Source: Luminiphilus sp.
GTDB taxonomy: Bacteria; Pseudomonadota; Gammaproteobacteria; Pseudomonadales; Halieaceae
Length of the DNA stretch: 64,000 nucleotides
Reading direction: 5' to 3'
NCBI GenBank assembly: GCA_040263855.1
Contig: JBDQJL010000003.1
Location: 34,780 to 98,779, forward strand
A program made the position numbers and the translations under genes. Below, one piece after another: positions 50,081 to 59,380 of this stretch. Within the stretch, counting starts at the first letter, position 1. The number at the start of each line of letters is the position of its first letter. The notes below the pieces were generated by a model. That model worked only from the letters and a program-made list of their open reading frames with translations. It had not been told where the DNA came from and searched no databases.

Positions 50081-52510
50081 ATGTCGAATTTCCCCCGATC
50101 CTCACGGAGTGGCCCAGCGCGTTTTATGCGCACGCCGCTGGTAGCAGCGCTGATTGCTGCAAGCCCTGGCTTATACGCTCAGGGCCTCGAAGAAGTGGTG
50201 GTGACCGCTCAAAAGCGAGCTCAAAACCTGCAGGACGTGCCGATTAGCATCGAGACGCTGAGCACCCAGAAAATTGCCGAGCTCGGTATTCAAGATTTTC
50301 AGGATTATGCGCGGATGCTCCCGAGTATCTCTATTCAACCACCGGCGGCAGGTGGTGTCGGATTTTCTCCTGTTTACATGCGAGGTATTACGACGGGCCG
50401 TGACGGACAGGCGACGACCTCGCAGCCGAGCGTAGGCATGTATCTCGACGAGCAGCCGATCACTACGATTCAAGGCAACCTCGATATTCACATGTATGAC
50501 ATCGCTCGAATCGAGGCACTGTCTGGCCCGCAAGGCACTTTATACGGGGCGAGCTCGCAGTCGGGCACGATCCGTATCATCACCAACAAGCCGGACCCCA
50601 GCGGGTTTTCTGCAGGCTATGGTTTAGAGGGCAACAGTGTTGACGGTAATGACACCGGCTATACCGCTGAAGGTTTTATCAATGCGCCTGTTGGCGAGAA
50701 CGCAGCCATTCGTCTGGTAGCGTGGATGCGCGAAGATGCGGGTTGGATCGATAATAAGCGCGGTACCCGCACCTTCCCTGGCTTGGCCTCTACCACGGCA
50801 GACGACATCACTCTAGACAACGCGGCGGTAGCGAAGGACGACTACAACACGGTCGAAACCCAAGGCGCTCGTTTGTCTATGTTGATTAACCTCAACGATG
50901 ACTGGTCAATTACCCCGACAGTGCAGTACCAAAAGCAAGAGGGTAAAGGCTCTTGGGGCGAGGATCTGAGTGACTTTGTTGATGGTGATAGTGCGGTAAC
51001 GCACTTTAAGGACGAGTTTACTGATGACGAATGGTACCAAGTAGGTCTCACGGTCGAAGGCAAAATCAGTAACTTTGACGTGGTTTATGCGGGTGCTTAC
51101 TTAGACCGAGAGGTCGATGGATCGTTTGATTATTCAGATTATTCATATTGGTACGATACGGTCTACACGACCGGCTACTACGCAGATTTGCACTTTTTAA
51201 ATAGTGGTGACCGCTCGGCGCCAAATCAGTTCTTTGCCGACGCAGGCACGCGCATTATGCCGGGCGCCCGCTTTGTAAATGATGATGGCTATGAGAAAAC
51301 CAGCCACGAATTACGCATCAGTTCACCCCAAGATCGTCGCGTGCGATTCCAGGTGGGTTTTTTCTATCAGAAGCAGGAGCATGACTTCCAGCAGCGTTGG
51401 CTGGTCGAGGGGCTCGCTGAGTCGATGTGGCCCAACCAGGGTGCGAGTCCGGAGTTCAAAGATATCGTCTATGTGAATAGCCTTTTTCGGGAGGACGAGG
51501 ACGAGGCCTATTTTGGCAGCGTGAGCTTTGATATTACAGACCGCCTCGAGGCGACTGTGGGTGCGCGCTACTTCAAGCCAGAGGTATCGGTTGAGGGCTT
51601 TTATGGATTTGGCCTAGGCTTTAATGGCGTGTGGTCTGGTACCGGCGAAGCCCAATGCCCCACCCAGGATGATTGGAAGGGGAAGCCTTGTAAGAATGTC
51701 GATAAGGGCATTTCAGAGAGCGACTCTGTTTATCGTGCCAACCTGACGTGGAAGATGACCGACGACCATATGATTTACGGTACTTGGTCAGAGGGCTATC
51801 GTCCTGGCGGGATTAACCGTAAGCCGAGTGCGGGCGAGTATGTGTCAGACTTCCTGACGAATTATGAGCTTGGCTGGAAAACGACTTGGGCAGATGGCCG
51901 ATTCCAGTTTAACGGTGCGGTATTCATGCAAGAGTGGGAGGACTTCCAAGTATCCTTTGTTGGCGCCAATGCCATCACGCAGGTTGATAATGGTCCGACT
52001 GCAGATGTAAACGGCATCGAAAGTCAGATTCAATGGTTGCCGGTGGATTCTTTCAATATCTCAGCATCGGTGATGTTTTTAGACAGTGAGTTGAAGGACG
52101 CATACTGCGCAGGTTGTGAATCAGATGGGGGTGCTTGGGCGCCGGCTGGCACTCAGCTCCCTATCGCTGCTGAGTTCAAGGGCAACTTAGTAGCGCGGTA
52201 TAGCTTTAATCTCGCTGGTTTTGACGCGCATCTTCAAGGGGCTATTTCTCATGAGGGCAAGCGCAATTCGGATCTCAGAGTCAAAGACAACTTGGTAAAA
52301 GGTGAGATCCCTGCCAATACCTTCATGGATGTCACTGCAGGTATTCGCAACGACCAATATGCGGTTGAGCTATTCGTGAGTAATCTCACCGATGAGGATG
52401 CTGCGCTGTACTACACCTCGCAGTGTGCGACAGGCACCTGTGGTTCGCAGAACTATGGCGTGCGAGCGCGGCCCAGAACGATCGGTATTCGTTGGTCTCA
52501 AGAGTTTTAA
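50081..52510 (+). CDS. TonB-dependent receptor
   Basis: Signal peptide; LEEVVVTAQKR; RIEALSGPQGTLYG; C-terminal PRTIGIRWSQEF. Confidence 0.95.
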   Translation: MSNFPRSSRSGPARFMRTPLVAALIAASPGLYAQGLEEVVVTAQKRAQNLQDVPISIETLSTQKIAELGIQDFQDYARMLPSISIQPPAAGGVGFSPVYMRGITTGRDGQATTSQPSVGMYLDEQPITTIQGNLDIHMYDIARIEALSGPQGTLYGASSQSGTIRIITNKPDPSGFSAGYGLEGNSVDGNDTGYTAEGFINAPVGENAAIRLVAWMREDAGWIDNKRGTRTFPGLASTTADDITLDNAAVAKDDYNTVETQGARLSMLINLNDDWSITPTVQYQKQEGKGSWGEDLSDFVDGDSAVTHFKDEFTDDEWYQVGLTVEGKISNFDVVYAGAYLDREVDGSFDYSDYSYWYDTVYTTGYYADLHFLNSGDRSAPNQFFADAGTRIMPGARFVNDDGYEKTSHELRISSPQDRRVRFQVGFFYQKQEHDFQQRWLVEGLAESMWPNQGASPEFKDIVYVNSLFREDEDEAYFGSVSFDITDRLEATVGARYFKPEVSVEGFYGFGLGFNGVWSGTGEAQCPTQDDWKGKPCKNVDKGISESDSVYRANLTWKMTDDHMIYGTWSEGYRPGGINRKPSAGEYVSDFLTNYELGWKTTWADGRFQFNGAVFMQEWEDFQVSFVGANAITQVDNGPTADVNGIESQIQWLPVDSFNISASVMFLDSELKDAYCAGCESDGGAWAPAGTQLPIAAEFKGNLVARYSFNLAGFDAHLQGAISHEGKRNSDLRVKDNLVKGEIPANTFMDVTAGIRNDQYAVELFVSNLTDEDAALYYTSQCATGTCGSQNYGVRARPRTIGIRWSQEF

Positions 52511-52538
52511 ACAGGTCAAACCAGTAGGTGTGAATACG

Positions 52539-52569
52539 AAAAACGGCCACATAATGTGGCCGTTTTTTT
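52539..52569. terminator. Bidirectional Rho-independent terminator
   Basis: AAAAACGGCCAC-ATAAT-GTGGCCGTTTTTTT between convergent genes. Confidence 0.92.
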
Positions 52570-52624
52570 ATGTCTGGCAGGGGTTGACCCCTGCGATGGC
52601 CACGCGTGACGTTGCTGGGGTATT

Positions 52625-53662
52625 TTAGCGGTCGCGTTGCTGGCTGCGTCGCCGCCTGCCAGTGCTCCCGGCGCTGGCTGACTGTTCGTCCTGTGCGGGC
52701 AAATTGGCCCAAGGGATACCGAGTGCCTCAGTCATCGCTTGAGCGTCGAATGGACGAGGTCCCGTGGTTTTAAGGGCGTTGACCATGGCGGCGACATGCT
52801 CTGGCGTTGTCCCGCAGCAACCCCCAATGATCGTGGCACCCACATCCCGCGCAAACAGGGCGTATTGGGCCATCAGTTCAGGACTGCCATGAAAGTGAAT
52901 GGCGCCATCCCTATATTGGGGAATACCGCAGTTACCTTTGGCAACCACCGGCAGTGCAATACCAGAGTCGACGATGCCTTGAGTGGAATCAAGGAGTTCA
53001 GCGGGCCCAATGCCACAGTTCGACCCCAACATATCGAGCTCAATATCCAGCGCGAATTGCGCAAAGTCCGCCGGTGTCACCCCCATCATTGAGCAGCGCG
53101 CCGTATCGAAAGACAGAGTGGCGCAAACCGGCAAGCCGGTGCGCTTCGCCGCCTCGGTGGCGGCGGCAACCTCCTCCGTTGACGACATGGTTTCGATCCA
53201 GAGCAAGTCGGCACCGCCCTCTGCTAAAGCCGTGGCTTGCTCAAGAAAAACCTCGACCGCCTGAGTGTGATCTAACATGCCCATGGGCATAAACAGTTCA
53301 CCGGTGGGGCCTATTGATCCCGCGACAAAGGTTTTCCGACCGGTGGTGGCCGCGTGCCGTTGGGTGGCCTCACGTGCGAGGCGAGCTGCCGCGATATTGA
53401 GTTCTGTAACGCGGTGCTCAGAGGCATGTAGCTTGAGTCGCAGTGCATTGCCACCAAAACTATTGGTCAAAATCAGATCGGCGCCGGCCTCAAGAAACGC
53501 ATCGTGCAAGGCAGACACTTCTTCCGGTTTTTCTAAACACCAAAGCTCGGGGGGGTAACCAGCCTCTAGACCTCGGCCAAAAAAGTTCGACCCCGTTGCG
53601 CCATCGGCAACGCACCAGCCTTTGTCGGCGATCAGTTCTGCAATGGGGTTGTGGCCACCCAT
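52625..53662 (-). CDS. bmt: Betaine-homocysteine S-methyltransferase / stand-alone MetH homocysteine-binding domain
   Basis: ADGATGSN, ILTNSFGGN, GSIGPTG, IETMSS, GSNCGIG, KGNCGIP, IGGCCGTTP; SD GAGGAG. Confidence 0.85.
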   Translation of the reverse strand: MGGHNPIAELIADKGWCVADGATGSNFFGRGLEAGYPPELWCLEKPEEVSALHDAFLEAGADLILTNSFGGNALRLKLHASEHRVTELNIAAARLAREATQRHAATTGRKTFVAGSIGPTGELFMPMGMLDHTQAVEVFLEQATALAEGGADLLWIETMSSTEEVAAATEAAKRTGLPVCATLSFDTARCSMMGVTPADFAQFALDIELDMLGSNCGIGPAELLDSTQGIVDSGIALPVVAKGNCGIPQYRDGAIHFHGSPELMAQYALFARDVGATIIGGCCGTTPEHVAAMVNALKTTGPRPFDAQAMTEALGIPWANLPAQDEQSASAGSTGRRRRSQQRDR

Positions 53663-54143
53663 AGTGACTCCTCTATCGGTTGGTGCGCTAAGCGCCACAT
53701 GATAAACCGAAAGTACTGAGACGATCGTGTGCAAATTACTGATAGTTCTCGGTTGTGACGAACTGAACTGAATGATGGTTAGAAACCGCTGAGATGCCGC
53801 CTAACATGGCGTCTGCGGGGTGAGAGGTGAGGACTGTGGGGTGAGGAACGCGGGATGAGGGATGAGGAAGGTGTCATCAGGTGTGAGGCGTAGTCGATGA
53901 TCAGTGAAACGTTATCCAAGAGCATCAGGACAGAGGTTGGGATCACTCGTTGGATGAGGAGAGCGCTCGCTTATTGGATCAGAAAGGCTATGATCATTGT
54001 ACGGATTGAATGCAGAAAAATCTGCGTATCAAGGAGTGGGGTGTGTCAGGCGGAGAGTGCGGATGCCAAAAAGAATCAATAGTAAGCCGGTACTGAGATC
54101 AGTTGGCAGTCTTCAAAACGATCAACAGCGCCTAGACGGTGGC

Positions 54144-55232
54144 ATGAATCGCCGATCGGTTTTGCAGCGATTATCCATAGGAACGGTTGGACTGGCCCTA
54201 TCACCGTTTACGTTGGGCCAAATCGAGATTCCTGCAGGTCAAATTCGTTTGATTTTCAACGAGAATCCTTATGGCCCCAGTCCTAAGGCGCTGGCCGCAG
54301 TCACCAATATCCTCCCGAAAACAGCTTACTATCCGGGCGCAATAGAGCAGGATTTACCGGCACTGTTTATGAAGCGTCATCGGCTTGATTCAGATCAGGT
54401 GTTCTTAGCGTCAGGGTCGAACGAGGGGTTGCAGGCGGCTATGGTGGCGTTCGGTAACCGGGGTAGGGTGATCTCGCCGAGTCTCACCTATTCAGATCAC
54501 TTGGCTTACGCCGAGCGCCTGGGAATACCAGTCACTCGCATCCCGCTGCGCGAGGATATGAGTATCGACCTCGATGCCATGGCGCGTGCGGTGGATAGCA
54601 CAGTGAGCCTCGTGTATCTCTGTAATCCGAATAACCCCACTGGAATGGCGATCGACGGCGATGAGTTACGTGCTTTCTGTCGCGAAGTCAGCCCCCGTGT
54701 GCCGATTCTGATCGATGAGGCCTATAACGAGCTCACCGATAAACCAGACTATACGTCGATGATCGATTTGGTGCGTGAAGGCGCCAATGTGCTCATCACG
54801 CGAACTTTTTCTAAAATATTTGGCATGGCAGGGCTGCGAGTCGGCTACGGTATGGGGCATCCGGATATCGTCAAGTTGGTCAAAAATCACGTGATGGCAT
54901 GGCCCAATGGAGTGGGCCTTTATGCGGCTTACCACAGCTATCTTGACGATGAATTCATTGCTTTTTCTCGGCAAAAGATCCTGCAAGGTCGAGCGATGGT
55001 GAATGCCACCTTCCGGCGCCATGGTATTGAGCCATTACCCTCGCAAACTAATTTTGTTTATGCCGATATTGGTCGAAATGCGACCGATTTTAAAAATGAG
55101 ATGGCCGCAAACAACATCATGATTCGCGGTGCATATGATGGCTACGATCAATATTCGCGCGTCAGTATGGGGCGTATTGAAGAGCTTGAGGTTTTCGATA
55201 GCGTCTTCAGCCGTGTATTCAGCAAGACCTGA
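54144..55232 (+). CDS. HisC-like PLP aminotransferase (class I/II) with a Tat signal peptide
   Basis: MNRRSVLQ plus hydrophobic stretch; NENPYGPSP, CNPNNPTG, DEAY, RTFSKIFGMAGLRVG. Confidence 0.85.
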   Translation: MNRRSVLQRLSIGTVGLALSPFTLGQIEIPAGQIRLIFNENPYGPSPKALAAVTNILPKTAYYPGAIEQDLPALFMKRHRLDSDQVFLASGSNEGLQAAMVAFGNRGRVISPSLTYSDHLAYAERLGIPVTRIPLREDMSIDLDAMARAVDSTVSLVYLCNPNNPTGMAIDGDELRAFCREVSPRVPILIDEAYNELTDKPDYTSMIDLVREGANVLITRTFSKIFGMAGLRVGYGMGHPDIVKLVKNHVMAWPNGVGLYAAYHSYLDDEFIAFSRQKILQGRAMVNATFRRHGIEPLPSQTNFVYADIGRNATDFKNEMAANNIMIRGAYDGYDQYSRVSMGRIEELEVFDSVFSRVFSKT

Positions 55233-55371
55233 ACCAGCCTGCTCAGCGTGAGTTCGCTGACTAATACGCCAGTCATGGGCCGCTAAGGATTGTGGCAACT
55301 TTCCCCTCAGGGTTGAACTGCGGAGGTCACTGCGTTTATCCTTTGCGCCAAAGTCAATTAGACACACGTCA

Positions 55372-55656
55372 ATGTTGTTCTCCACGCTGACAAAATATAG
55401 CCGCTTGGCACTTTGTGTTGCGATACTGTTTGTCGCTACCAACGTGGCCCATGCGGCTGAGCATGACTTTTCTACAGAGGTCACTCAAGGCCACGTCGAG
55501 TGTCTTCACTGTATCGATGAGCAGCCTACCTTGGTGGGTGCATCGGTTCCCACCGAGCCGTGTTCGCTCGTCTCTCTGCTCAACGGCACCCTCTGGCTAA
55601 AGCCACTCCCCACTGCTACTTACTTCTTTCGAGCGCGCGCACCGCCAGTTAGCTGA
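55372..55656 (+). CDS. DUF2946/CruR-like leader protein (HxxxH, CxxC, C-terminal RAPP)
   Basis: Signal/TM segment, HAAEH, HVECLHC, ends FRARAPPVS*; 46 nt upstream of a His-rich TonB receptor. Confidence 0.8.
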   Translation: MLFSTLTKYSRLALCVAILFVATNVAHAAEHDFSTEVTQGHVECLHCIDEQPTLVGASVPTEPCSLVSLLNGTLWLKPLPTATYFFRARAPPVS

Positions 55657-55702
55657 ATCGATCCCTTAGTTCATTTTATTCAGCTTACTTTAGGAGTTCA
55701 GC

Positions 55703-58015
55703 ATGCGGCGCATTCCAGCACGTGCGCTACTCGCGGTTGCCGTCATACCCATGACCGTCGCGGGGAGCGAAGAAACATTGTTAGAAGAAATTATTGTCAC
55801 TGCTTCATTTGTCGGAGTGAATGAATCGTCTGCGACGCGGCCGATTCATGTGTTAGATGACGAAACACTAGCGCAGAACGGCGTCCAGACACTGGGCGCG
55901 CACCTTGATTCTCTGCTAGGTGTGTCATCGGCCGATTTCGGCGCGGCGGTAGGGCAGCCCATTATTCGCGGTTTGAGCGGCAATCGCGTCAGAGTATTGA
56001 ATAACGGTACGGTCGTTCGTGATGTTTCTGCGCTCGGCCCAGATCATGCCGTAGACGTCAGTCTCAGCGATGTTCAACAGGTAGAGATCGTTCGTGGCCC
56101 CTCAGCATTGCTTTACTCAAATGGCTCGATCGGCGGCATCGTCAATGTGGTCGATAATGCCATACCCACCTCGGACCTCGATGGTTTCAGTGGCTCAGTA
56201 GGTGCAGAAGCCCAGTCAGTGAATGATGGTGAAGCAGCGGATGTGGCGCTTCGCGGCAATCTGGCTGGCTTGAATCTCACCTATAGTTACCAAGACGTCG
56301 ATATGGAGGGTTATGACGTTCCCAATGGTGCGATCATTGGCACGCACGGTGATGAAGACCATGAGGAGGGCCATGAGGAGGGCCATGACGAAGACCATGA
56401 TGATGAGCATGGCGACATGGACAAGCTTTCAAACTCTGATGTGTCCACGACGTCGCACCGTTTTGGTGTTTCAACGACAGGCGATTGGGGCTATGTCGGT
56501 GTGTCCTACAGTGATCTCAGTAGCACCTACGGCATTCCTTTTCACTCAGAAGCCGCGCACGAGGAGGGTGGACATGAAGGGCACGATGATGAATACGAGG
56601 GTGATCACGACGATGAGCATGGTGATGAGCACGAAGGTGAGCATGGCGATGAGCATGAGGATGAGCGCATCTTCTCCAAGACCGAATCGGAGATTCTCTC
56701 ACTAAGCGGTTCGTTTAAAACGTCGTTATCCTTTCTCAATGCGATCGACTTTGCCGTCAAACAGTCTGACTACGAGCTCAAGGAACAGCATGCTGAAGGT
56801 GAGCAGGGTGAGGACGAGCATGAAGAGGGACATGGGCACGAAGAGGGCCCGACTGTATTCAGCAACGAAGCCACCGAGGTGTCGATCTCGCTCGATTTGA
56901 GCTCAGGTGACCGTATACGTCGCGTTGTATTGAATCACGCTAAGGAAGAAATCTCGATTATTGGCGAGGAAGCGTTTATGGCGCCAGTCGATTCAACCGA
57001 GACAACGCTAGGGTTTTTTAGTTCGGATGATGTGGGCTTCGCTGCGCTGGATATCGGCCTGCGTTTCGATCAAATAGACCGCGATGGTTTTATCGCTGAG
57101 ATGCATCATGCAGAAGGCCATGACGAGGATCACGAAGGTGATCATGACGAGGACCATGAGGGTGATCATGATCAAGCGATGGAATACGATCCGTATGCGT
57201 TTAGTGACGAAGTGTTCAGCGCAGCTGCTACGTTGCGGCGAGACCTCAATGAGCATGCCTCTTTGTCCCTCGGCCTAGCCAGTGTGAGCAAGACGCCTTC
57301 GGCGGTTGAGTTATTTATGAATGGAGAGCACCTTGCCAGCAGTCGCTATGAAGTCGGTGACGTCAATCTGGATACGGAGCGCTCTGACAATATTGATCTC
57401 GCCTTTACCTTTGACTCCCACAACTGGTTTGGATCGGCGTCGGTGTATTACAACCGCGTTGATAACTACATTTACTTGCGTGATGAGTTGGAGGCAGAAC
57501 ACGACGAGCATGTCGGTGAGGATCACGAGGATGAGCACGGTGACCACGGGGGGCTGATTCTGTCTGAATATACTCAGCAAGACGCGGATTTCACGGGTTA
57601 TGAGATCGAAGTCGGTGCACGGTTCGCGTTACCTCTGGGCGAGCTCGCAGTAACTCTGGGCCGCGACGAAGTCGATGCCGAGTTCACGGATGGTCGCTCA
57701 GTACCGAGAATTGTACCTGCGCGTAATATGTTGACGGCCCGTTATACGCTGGACGATTTTTCCGTCAAGTTGTTGGTAAAAGATGTTGAGCGGCAAACGG
57801 ATGTGGCGATGGGAGAAACGGTTACCGAGGGTTTCACGTTAGTGAATGCCGATGCTTCATGGTCTTATGGATTCAGCGATGCAACGCGGCTCACCTTAAC
57901 GGCTTTTGCACGAAACTTGACCGACGAGGTGTCACGGAATCACACCTCCTTCGTGAAGGACCAGGTGCCATTGCCCGGTCGCAATATCGGCGTTCGTGTG
58001 CGGCTCGCTTTCTAG
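55703..58015 (+). CDS. ZnuD-like His/acidic-rich TonB-dependent metal receptor
   Basis: LEEIIVTA; GQPIIRGLSGNRV, DHAV, IVRGPSALLY; five His/Glu/Asp tracts; RNHTSFVKDQVPLPGRN...F; SD AGGAG. Confidence 0.92.
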   Translation: MRRIPARALLAVAVIPMTVAGSEETLLEEIIVTASFVGVNESSATRPIHVLDDETLAQNGVQTLGAHLDSLLGVSSADFGAAVGQPIIRGLSGNRVRVLNNGTVVRDVSALGPDHAVDVSLSDVQQVEIVRGPSALLYSNGSIGGIVNVVDNAIPTSDLDGFSGSVGAEAQSVNDGEAADVALRGNLAGLNLTYSYQDVDMEGYDVPNGAIIGTHGDEDHEEGHEEGHDEDHDDEHGDMDKLSNSDVSTTSHRFGVSTTGDWGYVGVSYSDLSSTYGIPFHSEAAHEEGGHEGHDDEYEGDHDDEHGDEHEGEHGDEHEDERIFSKTESEILSLSGSFKTSLSFLNAIDFAVKQSDYELKEQHAEGEQGEDEHEEGHGHEEGPTVFSNEATEVSISLDLSSGDRIRRVVLNHAKEEISIIGEEAFMAPVDSTETTLGFFSSDDVGFAALDIGLRFDQIDRDGFIAEMHHAEGHDEDHEGDHDEDHEGDHDQAMEYDPYAFSDEVFSAAATLRRDLNEHASLSLGLASVSKTPSAVELFMNGEHLASSRYEVGDVNLDTERSDNIDLAFTFDSHNWFGSASVYYNRVDNYIYLRDELEAEHDEHVGEDHEDEHGDHGGLILSEYTQQDADFTGYEIEVGARFALPLGELAVTLGRDEVDAEFTDGRSVPRIVPARNMLTARYTLDDFSVKLLVKDVERQTDVAMGETVTEGFTLVNADASWSYGFSDATRLTLTAFARNLTDEVSRNHTSFVKDQVPLPGRNIGVRVRLAF

Positions 58016-58106
58016 CAAACGGGTTGGATAGCGCGTCAGGAATGGACTTTATCAGGGAGTGGCCCGATCAAGCATCGATCAGGTGAGGGAGGCACGTTCG
58101 GTAGCA

Positions 58107-59042
58107 TTATTGCTTTGCGAGCGTGCCTGCCTCGACTCGGTTCATATGGGCCGTCATTTCTGTCACCAGTAACGGAATGATGTCCTCTGGCATGTCGTGA
58201 GCCATGCCGGCAAACAGTCTAAATGTGGAGCCTTTGATCAACGAGGCCGTATGTTCGCCATGTTCGGGCGGTACCAGACCATCATCTGCGCCATGAATGA
58301 CTAGCGTGGGGGCCGAAATCGTTGCGACTTCCGCTGATCGATCACCCACTTTGAATATCGCCATCAGGTGACGCTGCATCGACTCAGGAAAAAAACCTCT
58401 GTCACGAATGGCTTGCTCTCGATCAGCCTGGGCATCACCGATAGCGAGATTGCGTAACCGTTGCTCTGCTTCCTGAGTCGGAGGTGGCAGATGAGGCGCG
58501 CCGGTAGTCGACATGATCGATATCAAGCTACGTGTCTTTTCAGGGTGTTGAGCCGCAACAATCTGCGCGATCATTCCCCCCATTGAGGCACCGATAATGT
58601 GGGCTTGATCGTAGCCCACTACGGCCATGAGCCCCGTAATGTCGGCTGCCATATCATTCAGGGTGTAGGGTGCGTTTACCGAGACACCCAGTTTGTATTT
58701 TAATAATTCCCACCACAGCGTGGGTTGCCCCCAGTCGTCGAAGCGGGTCGATGCCCCGGTGTCACGATTGTCGAGTAGCAAAATTTCGTATCCCCCGGCC
58801 GCCAAACCCGAGATCAAGGCATCGCCCCAAGCGATATTGGAGCCTCCGAGTCCCATAATGACGACGGCCTTTGGCTTGTCGGGGTGTTGCTCGACGATCC
58901 GATAAGCCAGCTTAAGTTGCCCCACTGAGGCGACCTTTAATGGGTAGCTGTCAAGGTAGGTATGGGAATACTCCGCTTGCGAAGCCAGTGGCCATAGCAG
59001 CCAAATAAAGGTGTAGACAAGAATCCTCACGGGATACCTCAT
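58107..59042 (-). CDS. Alpha/beta hydrolase, exported
   Basis: IMGLG, DNRDTG, GASMGG, HGADD, GMAHD; signal peptide. Confidence 0.9.
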   Translation of the reverse strand: MRYPVRILVYTFIWLLWPLASQAEYSHTYLDSYPLKVASVGQLKLAYRIVEQHPDKPKAVVIMGLGGSNIAWGDALISGLAAGGYEILLLDNRDTGASTRFDDWGQPTLWWELLKYKLGVSVNAPYTLNDMAADITGLMAVVGYDQAHIIGASMGGMIAQIVAAQHPEKTRSLISIMSTTGAPHLPPPTQEAEQRLRNLAIGDAQADREQAIRDRGFFPESMQRHLMAIFKVGDRSAEVATISAPTLVIHGADDGLVPPEHGEHTASLIKGSTFRLFAGMAHDMPEDIIPLLVTEMTAHMNRVEAGTLAKQ

Positions 59043-59380
59043 AATACTGAACGCATCGATTATACGAAGGTTCCTCCCGATCTGATGACTACTGAGACGA
59101 ATTATTGTCGCTGCCCGCTTCTACGGTGTGTCTTCGACCCAGGGGGGATGGCGCGATTCGCTGTGTTTTGTGACGGCTACGGAGCGACAGCGTCGCTGCG
59201 TGCGCAAAGCGATGCTAGGTCGGATGAGTCAGCCTGATCTGAACTGTACTTTTTGTCGAATACCCCTACCATGTAGGCCCCAGTGGCGTGATGTCGCGTT
59301 TCATAGCATACCGCTTAACTGCCCTTTTTCGTGTGAAGGATCTGATTTCGCCGTGACCCAGAAAACCCTTTGGAAAATTT

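Noticed and set aside
53663-53820. SAM or SAM-SAH riboswitch upstream of bmt
   Set aside because: Only a short GTCACAAC match; the conserved core and pairing are absent
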